Below, one piece after another: positions 1-13,526 of a stretch of 64,000 nucleotides of DNA. A program made the position numbers and the translations under genes. This DNA comes from Octopus vulgaris (taxonomy: Eukaryota). The first letter of the stretch is position 1; each line of letters starts with the position of its first letter. The stretch is taken from the NCBI GenBank assembly GCA_951406725.2, contig OX597826.1, positions 74,586,001-74,650,000 of the forward strand, written 5' to 3'. The notes under the pieces were generated by a model that did no database searches, was not told the origin of the DNA, and saw only the letters and a program-made list of their open reading frames with translations.

Positions 1-849
1 CTTAAGTAGCTTGGCCACTATATTATCTTTAATACATTATTTCTGCACATAATAATATGGAAATACTCCATATGTGTTTTGTACTTAAACCTTTCTATAA
101 TCTTGTGTGGAATCTGCAATTTGAACGTATTTAGGGTATTATGGAAACTGAAACATACTCGGACATACATACAAACATGCATACACATGCAAGGATACAG
201 ACGGACATGTGTGTTCGTTAAGAAAAACTCACCAGCAAATACGCACAAATATCGTGTCACATTATACATTGCTAAAAGACAAAAAGCAGATGTTCACTTT
301 TGCAGTTTGCAAGTTTATCTCCTGGATAAAGTTGATGTGAGACTGGATTACACATAAATTACTGAAGTCGTTGAAATGTAGGATGTTCCTGGTTTGGCGG
401 GGAGTTGAAGCTTTAGGTTTGTGCTGGAAATAAACAAAGATTTAGACATCGACAGAAAATGTAATTCCTTCTTTTTCCCATTTTCATTCTGTAAAACAGA
501 TCTCCTTTTCCTCTTCTCTCACATTTATCCATTATACTTTTCATTCAGATTCTTTAAACAGCTGAAATTACTGTTCCCACTTATTAAATGCGATATCTCA
601 TATGTCACACTTCACGTGTTATGTTGAATATGTTACACATTATATGTCAAGTCTCATATCACATATTTGTCTCAAAATGCCGTCATGTATCGTGTTAAGT
701 TTGTCACTGGTTCTACTCTACAGTAAGAATTATAAAAAAACAAAAAAACTTTGGCACCTTTAAGGACTTCGACCTCCACCCCACTCCCACAATGCCATCA
801 AAACTCTGCATCGAGAATATTTTAGAACATAAATTTGCCTGTAATTTTA

Positions 850-1560
850 GATAAATGCAAACCTTAAAGCAAGCCAAGTGAAAAATTAATATTTCTTAAT
901 ATCAACTTTTGTTAATTATCCAAGACATGATGGAAAAATCCCTAATTTCTCATGTAATAAAGAAATTTTCGGCGCAATGACCCTTGATTGCAATAATGTC
1001 TTAGCTGCAAGTAGATTCAAAGATGACTTATACTGCCAAGCCCTTGTCTTTCCATATTAAGAGTAAACACTAGAAGTTCAAGTTTATATCCTCATTTTCC
1101 TTACAAATTAAATCAAATATCGCTAACAGTTTTCTAAACCTAATAGATAAGCATTTCCCTGATAACTTCTGACAGGAAACAATTCAATTTCATTAATCTA
1201 AACAATTATTTGTAACCGGACGCCTAACGTGAAAACGTTTTTAATAAGCAAGCCAAAAAAATTATTAAAGACTGGTTGCTCACACAGAAACACTAATGCA
1301 TGTTCATTCAACCTGTCATGAGATGTAGAGGCGATAATATATGAATCAGAAATTAACTTTATTCGATCAAACCACACGCGCCTATGTATAGGTCTCGTGG
1401 AAAGGAGATTGGAGCAACATTACTTCAGCGACACATCACACTTGGACACAGAGACAAGAAGAACTTATCTTTAGCTGGGGAGAGGTCCATATTCAATGAC
1501 AACAGTTCTTTAAAATACCCAAATAGAAGATCCGATGTCTTTAAAAGACTTCATTCCTTC
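850..1560 (+). mobile_element. Decayed Penelope-like element ORF relic (RT thumb / Cys linker / GIY-YIG endonuclease)
   Basis: Manual translation gives IKSNIANSFLNLIDKHFP (1107-1160). After a frameshift it gives C-S-H-x5-C-x5-* (1277-1321), IIY (1334-1342) and CIG (1385-1393), matching the PLE 'TNIG..FL.LIDKHFP', Cys-rich linker and GIY...YIG motifs. Stops and frameshifts are present. Confidence 0.65.
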
Positions 1561-1744
1561 AATAAATGCCGGCAGACGTTTTGGAAAATTTTCCGAAACG
1601 TTGATAACAATTCCCTTTCTCAGAAGCGTACCGACTTTGACTTTTCTATCAGTTTTTAATACAATCACGCACGCACATGCACACACACACACACATACAT
1701 GTATACATACACACATACACGCACACGTATGCATGTATATTATA

Positions 1745-1794
<50 letters not shown>

Positions 1795-2039
1795 CCGAAC
1801 CCACACCCCGCCCATGCTTTCCCCACTCTCACCTCTCCCACCTCCCAACAACATCACAACACACCATCCACACACCCATCCCCACATTTTCACACATACA
1901 CATACATACACGCACACGTCCAGACCACCAGCCGTCTTTCACACGCACATACATAGTCTCTTACACACACTCGCACCTTCGTGTTGGGGGTCATCTTTAC
2001 TTTGTTATCTCCCCTACATCTTACCTCTCGTGGGTGACC

Positions 2040-2253
2040 CTTCTGTCTGGCAGTCGCCATGATAGATCGGTAGCCACTACACACATTTTTTTCTCTCCTT
2101 GTTTATCTCCTTGTTTCTTTCTGTGTCACTTTCTGTAGAAGAGCGTAGGCTCGAAACGTAAGACACTTTTTCTATTCCTGAGCGTTATACTAATACATCT
2201 GTTTGTTTTGTACACCACCTGTCTTCGTCTTCTGTTTTTTTCGTAAACTCTTC

Positions 2254-2254
<1 letters not shown>
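2040..2254 (+). mobile_element. Short non-autonomous PLE-type element with variant hammerhead motif
   Basis: 2133-2160 reads CTGTAGA-A-GAGC-gtag-GCTC-GAAAC-GTA. A T-rich tail follows and runs into (CA)n/(TA)n. The architecture matches the elements at 40631 and 58630. Confidence 0.5.
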
Positions 2255-2348
<94 letters not shown>

Positions 2349-2453
2349 CATAAATATATTTCCATTTAATTGCATTTATTGACGCAAACCTTAAAATGCA
2401 TTTCCCGGATTCAAGATTTGTGGCTTTCATGAGTTTGTGCACGCGTGTGTGTA

Positions 2454-2535
<82 letters not shown>

Positions 2536-2765
2536 TTTACATATGTATGTATGCCGTTCGATGATTTACAATTACCCGATGCTCTTGCATAGCGATTCCT
2601 ATACATTACGCTCCAAATATTTGTAAATGTTTGTATATATTGCGTTGAGTACCCTGTTTTTATTAGCATAGACGAGAGATGTCAAAACAAATGATGCATC
2701 TTATTAGATATGTATATATATATATGTATATATATATATATGTATATACTCTTTTTACTATTTTG

Positions 2766-2988
2766 CTCTTTTACTTGTTTCAGTCATTTGACTGTGGCCA
2801 TGCTGGAGCACCGCCTTTAGTCGAGCAAATCGACCCCCAGGACGTATTCTTTGTAAGCCTAGTACTTATTCTATCCGTCTCGTTTGCCGAACCGCTAAGT
2901 CACGGGGACGCAAACACACCAGCATCGGTTGTCAAGCGATTTGGGGTGACAAACACAGACACACAAACACAGACACACACACTCACAA

Positions 2989-3019
<31 letters not shown>

Positions 3020-3180
3020 CATATATACGACGGAATTCTTTCAGTTTCCGTCTACCAAATCCACTCACAAGAATTTGGTCGGCCCGAGGCTATAGTAGAA
3101 GACACTTGCCCAAGATGCCACACAGTGGGACTGAACCCGGAACCATGTGGTTTGTAAGCAAGCAACTTACCACACAGCCA

Positions 3181-3183
<3 letters not shown>
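2766..3183 (-). mobile_element. tRNA-derived SINE family A, near full length
   Basis: The minus strand has a tRNA-like head (gtggctgtgtggtaag...ggttcagtccc), a CORE-like 'cttgggcaagtgtctt' segment, an internal (TG)n and an 'aagtaaaagag' tail. More than ten homologous copies occur in the window. Confidence 0.9.
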
Positions 3184-3254
<71 letters not shown>

Positions 3255-3504
3255 TATTTGGGCTATATATAAAGGAAGCTAAGTACTACATTAAAGTTAT
3301 GTTTTATATGCGAAACAGATTCTAGTCAATCTGGCGATGATGATTTTTATCAATTCCAACATCATTTCCATGATCAATTGCTTCTTACTGCAAAACGCGT
3401 CGAGAACGTCAACAGTAAATTCTTGCATTTAGAATATGTGGTCAAGAAACTGTTGAAATGTTAATGGACTTAGGGGTGTTATTATTCCAAACTAAATATT
3501 GACT

Positions 3505-3920
3505 TGAAATTTTGGCACAAGGCCAGCAATTCCGGAGGACAGGGTAAGTCGATTACCTCGACACCAGTACTCAAATGGTATTTATCTTATAGACCCTGAA
3601 AGGATGAAAGGGAAAGTCGACCTCGACGGAATTTCAACTCAGAACGTGAAGATCTGACGAAAGCCGCTACGCATTTTGCCCGACGTCCTCACGTTTCTTA
3701 TTTCTTTATTGCCCACAAGGGGCTAAACACAGAGAGGACAAACAAGGACAGACAAACGGATTAAGTCGATTATATCGACCCCAGTGCGTAACTGGTACTT
3801 ATTTAATCGACCCCGAAAGGATGAAAGGCAAGGTCGACTTTCGCGAAATTTGAACTCAGAACATAGCGACAGACGAAATACGACTAAGCATCTCGCCCGG
3901 CGTGTTAACGTTTCTGCCAC
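3505..3920 (-). mobile_element. Two tandem tRNA-derived SINE family B copies
   Basis: Both contain the family B core (reverse complement of 'gttctgagttcaaattccgccgaggtcgactttgcctttcatcctttcggggtcgat'), which is repeated throughout the window. Confidence 0.9.
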
Positions 3921-3971
3921 CACTGCCAGAAATATTGGAGACTGACAAGGAAATACGAAATATCTCCAATA

Positions 3972-4035
<64 letters not shown>

Positions 4036-4395
4036 ACAGATACAGATTTGTACATAGGCATATACACATTCATACACATTTATAGATAGATATTTATATC
4101 TGTTTGTTTCCTTTTCTCTGTATCTCTCAAGTTAATCTATCCATCACTCGATGGATCGATAGCTAGATCGATGTCTCTAACAGTCAGTGTGTGTTTTCAG
4201 TTTTATCTATGATTCTCACTTCAGAATGTCAGTACCTGTACATCATTCAATCAATCACCAAATCGATTGTCCCCCCCGCCCCCGCCCTCCCACACACATA
4301 TTTGTTTTGTCTGTCTGTTTTAGTTACTTACGGTCTTTGGTTTTGATTCAGCAACAAAAAAGGAAACACTTCGATTCTGATAAGTAAATAAAAAG

Positions 4396-5273
<878 letters not shown>

Positions 5274-5968
5274 CGCAAGAAGAATTTTATAAAAACAAAA
5301 TTAGAAACAATAAATAAAGAAAAGACCGCATTCTTCAACGATGGTTGCGAATTGATTGAGGCGTATAGAGAAAATAATGATTCTACTGAAGTCAATAAAT
5401 CGATGGTTATGATCTATTTAAGCCATTAAGTCGGGTGAAATCAGTGTGGGATGACGTTAAAAGATACATTTTCGTGCTTTGCAGATTTGTTTCTTTGTTT
5501 CTTTGTTTGTTTCTTTCTTTTTATATTTCTATCGTTTTTTGTCTTTTTTTACATCTGAGTCAACACTTGAAAACGATGACCGCTTTCTAAGATTTCTTAA
5601 TAAGCTGAAGATATTATAGGCGAGATGTGTTTGATCATTCCGATTCTTTTTAGTTTCCAAGTTCTGAGTGAATTATTCCTTGAAGTTGGTAAAAGTTGCC
5701 AAGCATATTATATCTTAATTTTCTTTATACTCAACACTGAAAAGTTCGCCATTTCTTGGTAAGAAAAAAATTATCCATTGCGTAAATTCAATGTGTAGGC
5801 GGCAGAGTAAGACAAAAAAAATATCTGTTCAGCAGTTTTTTTTTCTTTTTGTGTATGTTTTTTTTTACTGGATTCTCACTTATTGCTATTTATTAGCTTT
5901 TTATGCAATAGGAAATCTTTAAGAATAAAAAAAAGATATATCGTTAACGTATCTGGTTAAAACATACA

Positions 5969-6222
5969 CGGCGGTGCTCCGACATGGCCACAGTCAAATG
6001 ACTGAAACAAGTAAAAGAATAAAAAAATACATACATGCATGCATGCATACATACGTATATACCCAACGAGCAACTTTCAGTTTCCGTCTACCAAATCCAC
6101 TCACAAGGCTTTGGTCGGCCCGAGGCTATATTAGAAGACACTTGCCCAAGATGCCATGCAGTGGGACTGAACCCCGAACCATGTGGTTGGGAAGCAAACT
6201 TCTTACCACACAGCCACGCCTG
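5969..6222. mobile_element. SINE family A fragments (3' tail on +, 5' half on -)
   Basis: Both pieces match parts of 2766-3183. Confidence 0.85.
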
Positions 6223-6249
6223 CGCCTCAGCAGAAAGACTTACGCATTG

Positions 6250-6316
<67 letters not shown>

Positions 6317-6659
6317 AATTGGAGAGGTTGGTAAGGACAAGGGCTAGATCTAAGCACCTCATCTACAAGTAATACAAAGCATAACTTCAGGGCCGGTGGG
6401 CCACCTGGTTTCAGATGTTAATGCAGTGTTCCTTTTAGGCCATTTTGATTCCTGTTTTACTCAGCTGGTTCCCCATAGCCATTCTATGTTTAGAAAATCC
6501 TATTTTATCTTCTTAGCTAAATATCATTAGGAATTGTACGTTATTTACATTATTTACATTTGACGGATATTTGTCCTCATCTTCTTTGTTGCATATGGCG
6601 TAGTGGTTAAGATCCCGGGCCACTAACCCCAAGATTCCGAGTTCCATTCCAGGCAGTAA

Positions 6660-6736
<77 letters not shown>

Positions 6737-6737
6737 T

Positions 6738-6891
6738 TTCTCAAACACAGGATAATGCTAATAATATAGCCTGAACAGGATAAGGTACCCCTATTTTGCA
6801 GAAAAAAATGTTGGCCAACATTTTTACCTGCAAAATAGGGGTACCTTATCCTGTTCAGGCTATATTATTAGCATTAGCCTGCGTTTGAGAA
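6738..6891. repeat. 154-bp near-perfect loopless palindrome inserted in (AAT)n
   Basis: Symmetric about 6814/6815 (ttgg|ccaa), with arms ttctcaaac...gtttgagaa and few mismatches. Unique sequence continues on the right to about 6976. Confidence 0.95.
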
Positions 6892-6975
6892 TTTAAAATC
6901 ACTTCTTTAACTTTCTAAGACATCTCAACGCTTCTAAAGCAAACTTTGTTTGTTTACCTTCATCATAATTTGAAT

Positions 6976-7087
<112 letters not shown>

Positions 7088-7088
7088 T

Positions 7089-7174
<86 letters not shown>

Positions 7175-7224
7175 ACATCGAAAAATACCTTAGGAATGAG
7201 AATCCAGGTTCGAAATTTCCCCAA

Positions 7225-7270
7225 GACACCTGATGAAGGCTGGAGGGTATATCAGCCGAAACGTTGTGTT
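7225..7270 (+). ncRNA. Minimal type I hammerhead ribozyme motif
   Basis: Stem I gacac/gtgtt, core CTGATGA plus extra A, stem II GGCTG/CAGCC, GAAAC-GTT with palindromic loopless stem III (AACGTT). This is the dimer-type minimal HHR known from PLEs. Confidence 0.8.
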
Positions 7271-8042
7271 AACAACAAACAAGATGCGGACAAATTTCCG
7301 TCAAATGTAAATAATGTCAATAATGTACATAATTCCTCATCTCTTAAATATAGAACTATATCATTAGGAATTGTGTAAAAATTTGTTAAAATATTCTATA
7401 TATTGTAGAAACAAAACAAATTTATTGCAGATAAATTTTGACGACAAAATATTATACGGACCACCACTCCTCAAGGGCCATATAGACTCCGGTTGAGAAT
7501 CACTGGTCGAGAGGTATTTTGGCACTTGGCAAATATGTGTGCTAGTAGTGGTGGTGGTGGTGGTAATTAGTGTAGTTTGAAGAAAGCAGACGACAGACAG
7601 AATACAGATTTCCATTCAAAGGTTTTTGTTTCTTCTGGTAACTTCTTCGATAAGTGGTCATGTGTCGTTGAAACAATCTCGACTTGACCAGATAATTTCT
7701 ATGAAAGTGTTTCATCTTATCAAGTGCTAAACGTTTTCAACGCTCAGTATGTGTCAAGACATTTTTGTCCTACCTCTTCCAGCTTCTCCGTATCGTTTGA
7801 CCACCCAGTAAGCAGCCGACCGAGGGAGGATGGCAGCTGAACGTAACTACCGCATTGGTACTGTCGAAACTCTGAAGTCTCTTGTGATAACTTGGTGGTT
7901 GAAATGATTGACATCGCTTGCTTTTCCCCTTCTCTTTTACTTTTCCTTTTTATTAAACCCCTCCCGCTAACTAATGCCCTACTACCATCACTGCTGTCCA
8001 CATCTCCATCGCAATTACAGACTGCAGACACCGCCACAGCTA

Positions 8043-8096
<54 letters not shown>

Positions 8097-8111
8097 CAGG
8101 TAATTGTTAAA

Positions 8112-8233
8112 GTATTTATTTCTTTATTGCCCACAAGGGGCTAATATAGAAGGGACAAACAAGGACAAACAAAGGGATTAGGCCGATTAGATCGACCTAG
8201 TGCGCAACTGGTACTTATTTAATCGACCCTGAA
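8112..8233 (-). mobile_element. SINE family B 3' fragment
   Basis: Matches the 3' part of the copy at 3698-3800. Confidence 0.8.
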
Positions 8234-8429
8234 AGTATTTTATGTATCATGGAAGTATAACTAATTTATTGCTGATAAATTTAACAAAATATCATATATG
8301 AACCCTCAAATTTAACAAAATATCTTATATGAACCCGGCTGAGATCCAATGGTTTAAAACAATAGTTTGGTGTTCCACAAGACTGTGTTCTTTCACTAAA
8401 GCCTTTTTAGTCTGTTTCTCGAATACATA

Positions 8430-8755
8430 CGGAAATGGAAATTTTATAGAAAGACGCTTCGCATTCCATTTAAGAACATCGAATTAATTGAGAGTGTTAG
8501 GAAATAAATTTTAGAAATGACTACAGACCATGAAACCCGCCTGACAATTGTCAAAAGGCGGAAAATGAAGTGGTTCGCTCGTGAAACACGATATCTTCTC
8601 ACCCCTATATCTAGCGAAGAGAGTCATGCATGGACAAACTCTCAGTAGGAAAGGAATATGATCACTAAGTGGGTGGTTAAACAACATTAAGGGATGGATA
8701 GGGAGGAGCATGGCGGAAAACATGAGGTTGGTTGATGACTGGGAAAGATGGAGGA
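8430..8755 (+). mobile_element. Decayed RTE-clade LINE 3' end
   Basis: Translations TIVKRRKMKWFA and GWLNNIKGWIGRSMAENMRLVDDWERWR match the RTE ORF C-terminus (VKRRKLKWFGH...W.DNIKEWTG...DR..WR). Confidence 0.7.
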
Positions 8756-9103
8756 GGGGAGGATTTCCCGCCCTCCCTCTCTCTCTCCTACCTACAGCAC
8801 CACCTCCGTTATTTTAAGAGATTGATATGTCTATGCAATGCCTTCGGGATATAGAACGTGGTCAGGATTAAATATCGATATCTAACATAGACACAAAGCT
8901 TGAAACTTAAGAGGAAGGCATAGTCAAACTTGTGCTCGGAAAGGACGAAAAGCAAAGCTTCCCTTGGTGCTATTTGAACTCAGAACGTAAAGGTCCGTAA
9001 CTAAATACTGTAAATCACTTTCTCGACGCTCTTGCGATTCTATCAATCAACGTAATTTGTGCGCGCTCGCTCGAGTGGTGTGTGTATGTGCGTGTGTAAG
9101 TAT

Positions 9104-9405
9104 TGTTTGTTCCTTCTCGAGCCACGCCTGGCTCATAAGGGCCGGTTTCCCGGTTTCCTTGGCGTATAGATTCCCCACCTGGACGGGACGCCGGTCCGTC
9201 GCAGGTGAGCTGCAAGATGCAGGAGGAAAGAGTGAGAGAAAGTTGTGGCCAAAGAGTCAGCAGAAGTTCGCCATTACCTTCTGCGGGATCCGCGTGGAGC
9301 TTAGGTGTTTCGCTCATAAACACACACATCGCCCGGTCTGAGATTCGAACCCGCGATCCCTCGACCACGAGTCCGCTGCTCTAACCACTAGGCCATGTGT
9401 CTCCA
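9104..9405 (-). mobile_element. tRNA-derived SINE family C (subfamily), full length with 13-bp TSD
   Basis: TSD cgtgtgtaagtat at 9091-9103 and 9406-9418. The minus-strand head reads tggcctagtggttagagcagcggactcgtggtcgagggatcgcgggttcgaatc. Confidence 0.9.
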
Positions 9406-9805
9406 CGTGTGTAAGTATATACATGCACAGACACACGCTTGATGGGTTTCCTTGCAGTTTCCATCTTCTAAATCTCACTCGTAAGGCACTGGTCAGCCTG
9501 AGGGCTACGGTAGGAAACGTTCGTATTCACCGCATAAACAGTTTGCACCAAGAAGTTGATCTCTTTTTTTTTTCCTGATTATCAAAATAGTTGAGAATTT
9601 AAGTCCTGTACCTATATGTTTTATTTTTAATTGGTAACCCACCTACTGCCGTTTTCTGATGTACCACGCTCAGAGGAATCAGAGAAATGGCGAAAAGCAA
9701 AGGGATAAAAAAAAGTCACCTTGAAAGATTCCACGCTTATTGTCAACTCAGCCAAACTCTATAACTATTTACTTTAAGCCTCCTAATTAACAAGGTGAAG
9801 GTTAT

Positions 9806-9930
9806 GTTAGTTAGTTAGTCAGTTAGTTAGTTAGTTAGTTAATTTGGCTCAAAAGCAAATAGCAAGGCCATGTAGGGGGACATGGAGTTAAGTACAGGGT
9901 GGTGTTCATGTAAAGAGTTCAGGCCACTTG
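9806..9930 (-). mobile_element. CR1-type LINE 3' end with (TAAC)n tail
   Basis: Essentially identical to 40824-40938, where the extension encodes a CR1 ORF2 C-terminus. Confidence 0.8.
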
Positions 9931-10624
9931 GGAAACGTGTTACTATTCCCCATCTTTTTACGCTTTCATTAATTAGAGTCTCTACATTCTCAGTGTTCGA
10001 AAACATGTTCAGGGGCTCCATTATCCATGTGTACAATACAAAATCACAAGCCTTGTTTTTTGAAATCCATCCAGGTCATCAACAAATTGGTTTTCCAGGG
10101 TTTTTTTTTATTGGGTGGGAGGCGATTCATTCGATTAAAATTCTTCTTTTTTGGAGCCGATTCCGTCGATTAAAACTCTTCAAAGCGGTGCCCCAGCTTG
10201 GTCGCAATCTGGTGACTGAAACAAGTAAAGGATAAACAATATATATCTGCATACGACATATTCTTCCTTTCTTTCGCTTCCTATTTGGAAGTTTCTGAAC
10301 ATGTATCTTACGCACATATTTCATGCCAACGGAAATATGTAAAAACGTGTGTGCTTTTTTGCTGTGCAATCCTTATTTGCCATCTGTCTTCTCGTACATT
10401 CAGTAAATGTATATCTGATCAGACGGGTCTCCTCATTCATTATTTACCATCCTCACTCTCTCTTCTCCTCTAATTTCCCTCTTGTTGCATATGTTTTATG
10501 TGTTGCGTCTGCGGCAGTGTGTGTCTGGTTCTGCGCGAGTTGTCGAGTTTCTCTGAACACGCGCTCGCCAATACGTACGCGTATACGTGCGCCTGTTACA
10601 CTTGGAAATTCGTGAGTATAAATG

Positions 10625-10895
10625 TGTGTGAGTGTGTATGTGTTTAGTTTGTGTGTGTGTGTGTATGTATGCATGTGTTTAGTTTGTGTGTGTGTGTGTA
10701 TGTGTTTAGTTTGTGTGTGTGTGTATGTGTTTAGTTTCTGTGTGAATGTATGTGTTTAGTTTGTGTGTGTGTGTGTGTGTATGTGTTTAGTTTGTGTGCG
10801 TATGTATGTGTTTAGTTTGTGTGTGTGTGTGTGTGTATGTATGTGTTTAGTTTCTGTGTGTATGTATGTGTTTAGTTTGTGTGTGTGTGTGTGTG
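10625..10895. repeat. Compound minisatellite [tatgtgtttagttt(gt)n] x about 8
   Basis: A recurrent tgtgtttagttt motif separated by variable (GT)n. Confidence 0.9.
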
Positions 10896-10974
10896 CGAGA
10901 GAGAGAGAGGGGGGAGAGAGAGGGGGAGTGAGCGCTTGCCGATGTAAATACGAATGCATTTTCAAATGTACAAA

Positions 10975-11222
10975 GGTGCGTGGCCTAAGGGTCAGATCGC
11001 GATTTCGCGGTTTCGATTCCCAGGCCTGCTCCGCGTTGTTTCCTTGAGCAAAACACTCCATTTCACTCTGATCCACTCAATCCACTCTAAACGGGTACCC
11101 CTGCGACGGACTAACTTTCCGACCAAGGGAAACTGTTGGCCTGCTCGCCTAGTCAGCCGGGTGGCATCACTTGAAAGCTAATAAATGATACAAAGCGCAT
11201 TGTGACCAGCTATGTATAACAA
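10975..11222 (+). mobile_element. tRNA-derived SINE family D-related, diverged
   Basis: ggtttcgattccc B-box followed by 'tccttgagcaaaacact' and 'ccactc', shared with the copies at 36337, 43391 and 61458. Confidence 0.7.
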
Positions 11223-11668
11223 TACGCATATATTTACATTTGAGCAAGTTTCCTTGGTGTCCGGTGTGTGTGTGCAAAATGTTTTATTCGCTTAAACGCT
11301 GCAAAAATAAGTAGAATAAATTTATAAGCAAACAAACAAAAACAAACAAAAAGACAAACATGCAATAGAAAAGGTATTTCGGTAGACATAATGGGGCTTA
11401 TTAAGAACAATTGGAAGCAGTTGTGGTGATCGTTAATTACAGGAACTAATTGCATGGTTAAGATTTTTCGCTGTGCAATTTACAAATTATGTTGCTCTGG
11501 GTTCGTTAGTGTCCATTGCACGACTTTATTATAGTCTCGGGTGTCCAATGTTTTGATGGTGAAATCCAGTCGATGAAACTTTTGCGAAACTCCGTCGCCC
11601 GTGGACCCCCGCTACCTTCATCCCTACCCACACGCACGCACATGCTAATGTTTGTTTTTATGTCAAGT

Positions 11669-11699
<31 letters not shown>

Positions 11700-11709
11700 T
11701 TAATAAATC

Positions 11710-11742
<33 letters not shown>

Positions 11743-11752
11743 TTAATAAATC

Positions 11753-11792
<40 letters not shown>

Positions 11793-11919
11793 TAAAGAAA
11801 AACCATTTCATATTAAACTGAAAGAGTATTATTTTTTGATCAAGAATAAGTACTGACGGGGACTTGGAAGTTTCGGCCAGCTAAACGGTTGCGGTGGCGG
11901 TGGAGGGAGCAGCCGCAGC

Positions 11920-11969
<50 letters not shown>

Positions 11970-12348
11970 CAGTAGTAGTAGTAGTAGCAGCAGCAGCAGC
12001 AGTCATTCAGTAAGTCGATGTAATTAGCAAGCGAATATGGATTTGTGGTCCGTTAATTCTTCCTTCATGCAGTTATTGGGTTTTATCGTGTTTTTCTATC
12101 CACTCGCTTAAACACTGTTGTGAAAAGAAAGATTTAAGAATAATGTCAGTCACACACGTCTAAACGCTCTGTAAACTCGACCGTCGACAACCGACGCCTG
12201 GATGCGAATCAGGCAGCGCTTTCACACAGATGCATAATAAGCAGTGATGGCAGACTAAACTCAACCTTCATCCATACACCTACTAAACACGAATGGCACA
12301 TATGTGACACTGCCGTCTAGCGCACATCTTAAGATGGCTGTCACAGGC

Positions 12349-12505
12349 TTAACCCTTTAACATCTAAACGAGCCGTACCTGAGCCAAATTTTCTGTCTGC
12401 TTTATGTTCAAACTGGACGGATCAGACCTCTCACACCTACCCTACAATGTCGTTTTAAAAATATGCAATTGCATCATCAAAATTTCGAAGCTACAAAGTA
12501 ATGCG
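12349..12505 (+). mobile_element. Non-autonomous DNA transposon end, piggyBac-like (TTAA-CCCTT terminus)
   Basis: Starts ttaaccctttaacat; a diverged reverse-complement copy lies at 47075-47256. Confidence 0.5.
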
Positions 12506-12507
12506 TA

Positions 12508-12642
12508 GATATAGCTGTGTGGTAAGAAGTTTGGTTCCCAACCACATGGTTCCGAGTTTAATCCCACTCTGTGGCACAATAGCATCGGACCATCCAAAGT
12601 CTTATGAATGGATTTGGTAGATAGAAACTGGAAGAAGCCTGT

Positions 12643-12645
<3 letters not shown>
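12508..12645 (+). mobile_element. SINE family A 5' half
   Basis: gctgtgtggtaagaag...ggatttggtagatagaaactg. Confidence 0.8.
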
Positions 12646-12681
<36 letters not shown>

Positions 12682-12687
12682 CGATAA

Positions 12688-12986
12688 ACGTCGCCCTTTT
12701 CAAGCGTAGCCAGGCTCATGGGCCCGTTTTCCCGGTTTCTGTGGCGTATGTGTTCCCCCCAGCTGGACGGGACACCAGTCCATCGCAGCGTTAAGTACTG
12801 ACGGGGACTTCGAAGTTTCGGCCAGCTAAGAAAGAGGAAGAAAGAGTGAGAGAAAGTTGTGGCGAAAGAGTACTATAGGGGTCGTCACTCCACCACCCCT
12901 CCCGCCGGAGCCTCGTGGAGCTTTTAGGTGTTTTCGCTCAATAAACACACACAACGCCCGGTCTGGGAATCGAAACGGCGATCCTC

Positions 12987-12988
<2 letters not shown>
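12688..12988 (-). mobile_element. SINE family C carrying a foreign insert
   Basis: Reverse complement of 13527-13833 except at 12792-12829. Confidence 0.88.
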
Positions 12989-13039
<51 letters not shown>

Positions 13040-13526
13040 AATTCTAAAATTCCCAAAGCGTTTGGGATTTCAAAATCTGGGTATACACGTAATAAGCACT
13101 CTGTTATAACTCAAACTTGGCTAACTATATCGACCAGCAGGAATCATTAGGAACCGTGCAGATCAAGCAATTGCAGTCGTACGCCACATTAAATTCCAGA
13201 ATTTATTATTGCATCAGTGGATCCTAAAGCGCTTCCATAACAGAAACACGTGTTGGCATATGATATGCCGTAAAACACTTTCATTGTGCCTTTCTTATGT
13301 GTCTGAAGACGATACGGAAAATACTTAAAATGATCGTTCAGCCGTTTGTACGTATCGCCGGTGTCTCTCTCGATCGCGCTAATATAAACAGCAAACATTT
13401 TGTACATTTTTCTCTGTTACCCCGCTGATGAAGCATCACCTCTTCGTATATATTTGCGAAGGCCTGACCGTTATAAACATGATCGTATCCGGAGAAGATA
13501 TAAGAAAATATTATGTGTTATATTTT

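Noticed and set aside
6592-6660. Possible functional tRNA gene (likewise the SINE heads at 13527, 43391, 56833 and 61458)
   Set aside because: A and B boxes are present, but the cloverleaf and acceptor stem are incomplete and each head is fused to repeat bodies.
7770-7815. Possible micro-exon (ttccag...gtaagc)
   Set aside because: Splice-like motifs alone are expected by chance, and there is no supporting coding signal.
11847-12829. 38-bp repeat read as a TSD around 11885-12791
   Set aside because: The second copy lies inside a SINE whose two halves flank it, which fits a templated insertion and not a TSD.
13189-13407. Minus-strand ORF with faint GIY-YIG-like pattern (YI...TG...RLNDHF)
   Set aside because: The similarity is too weak to call without a profile search.
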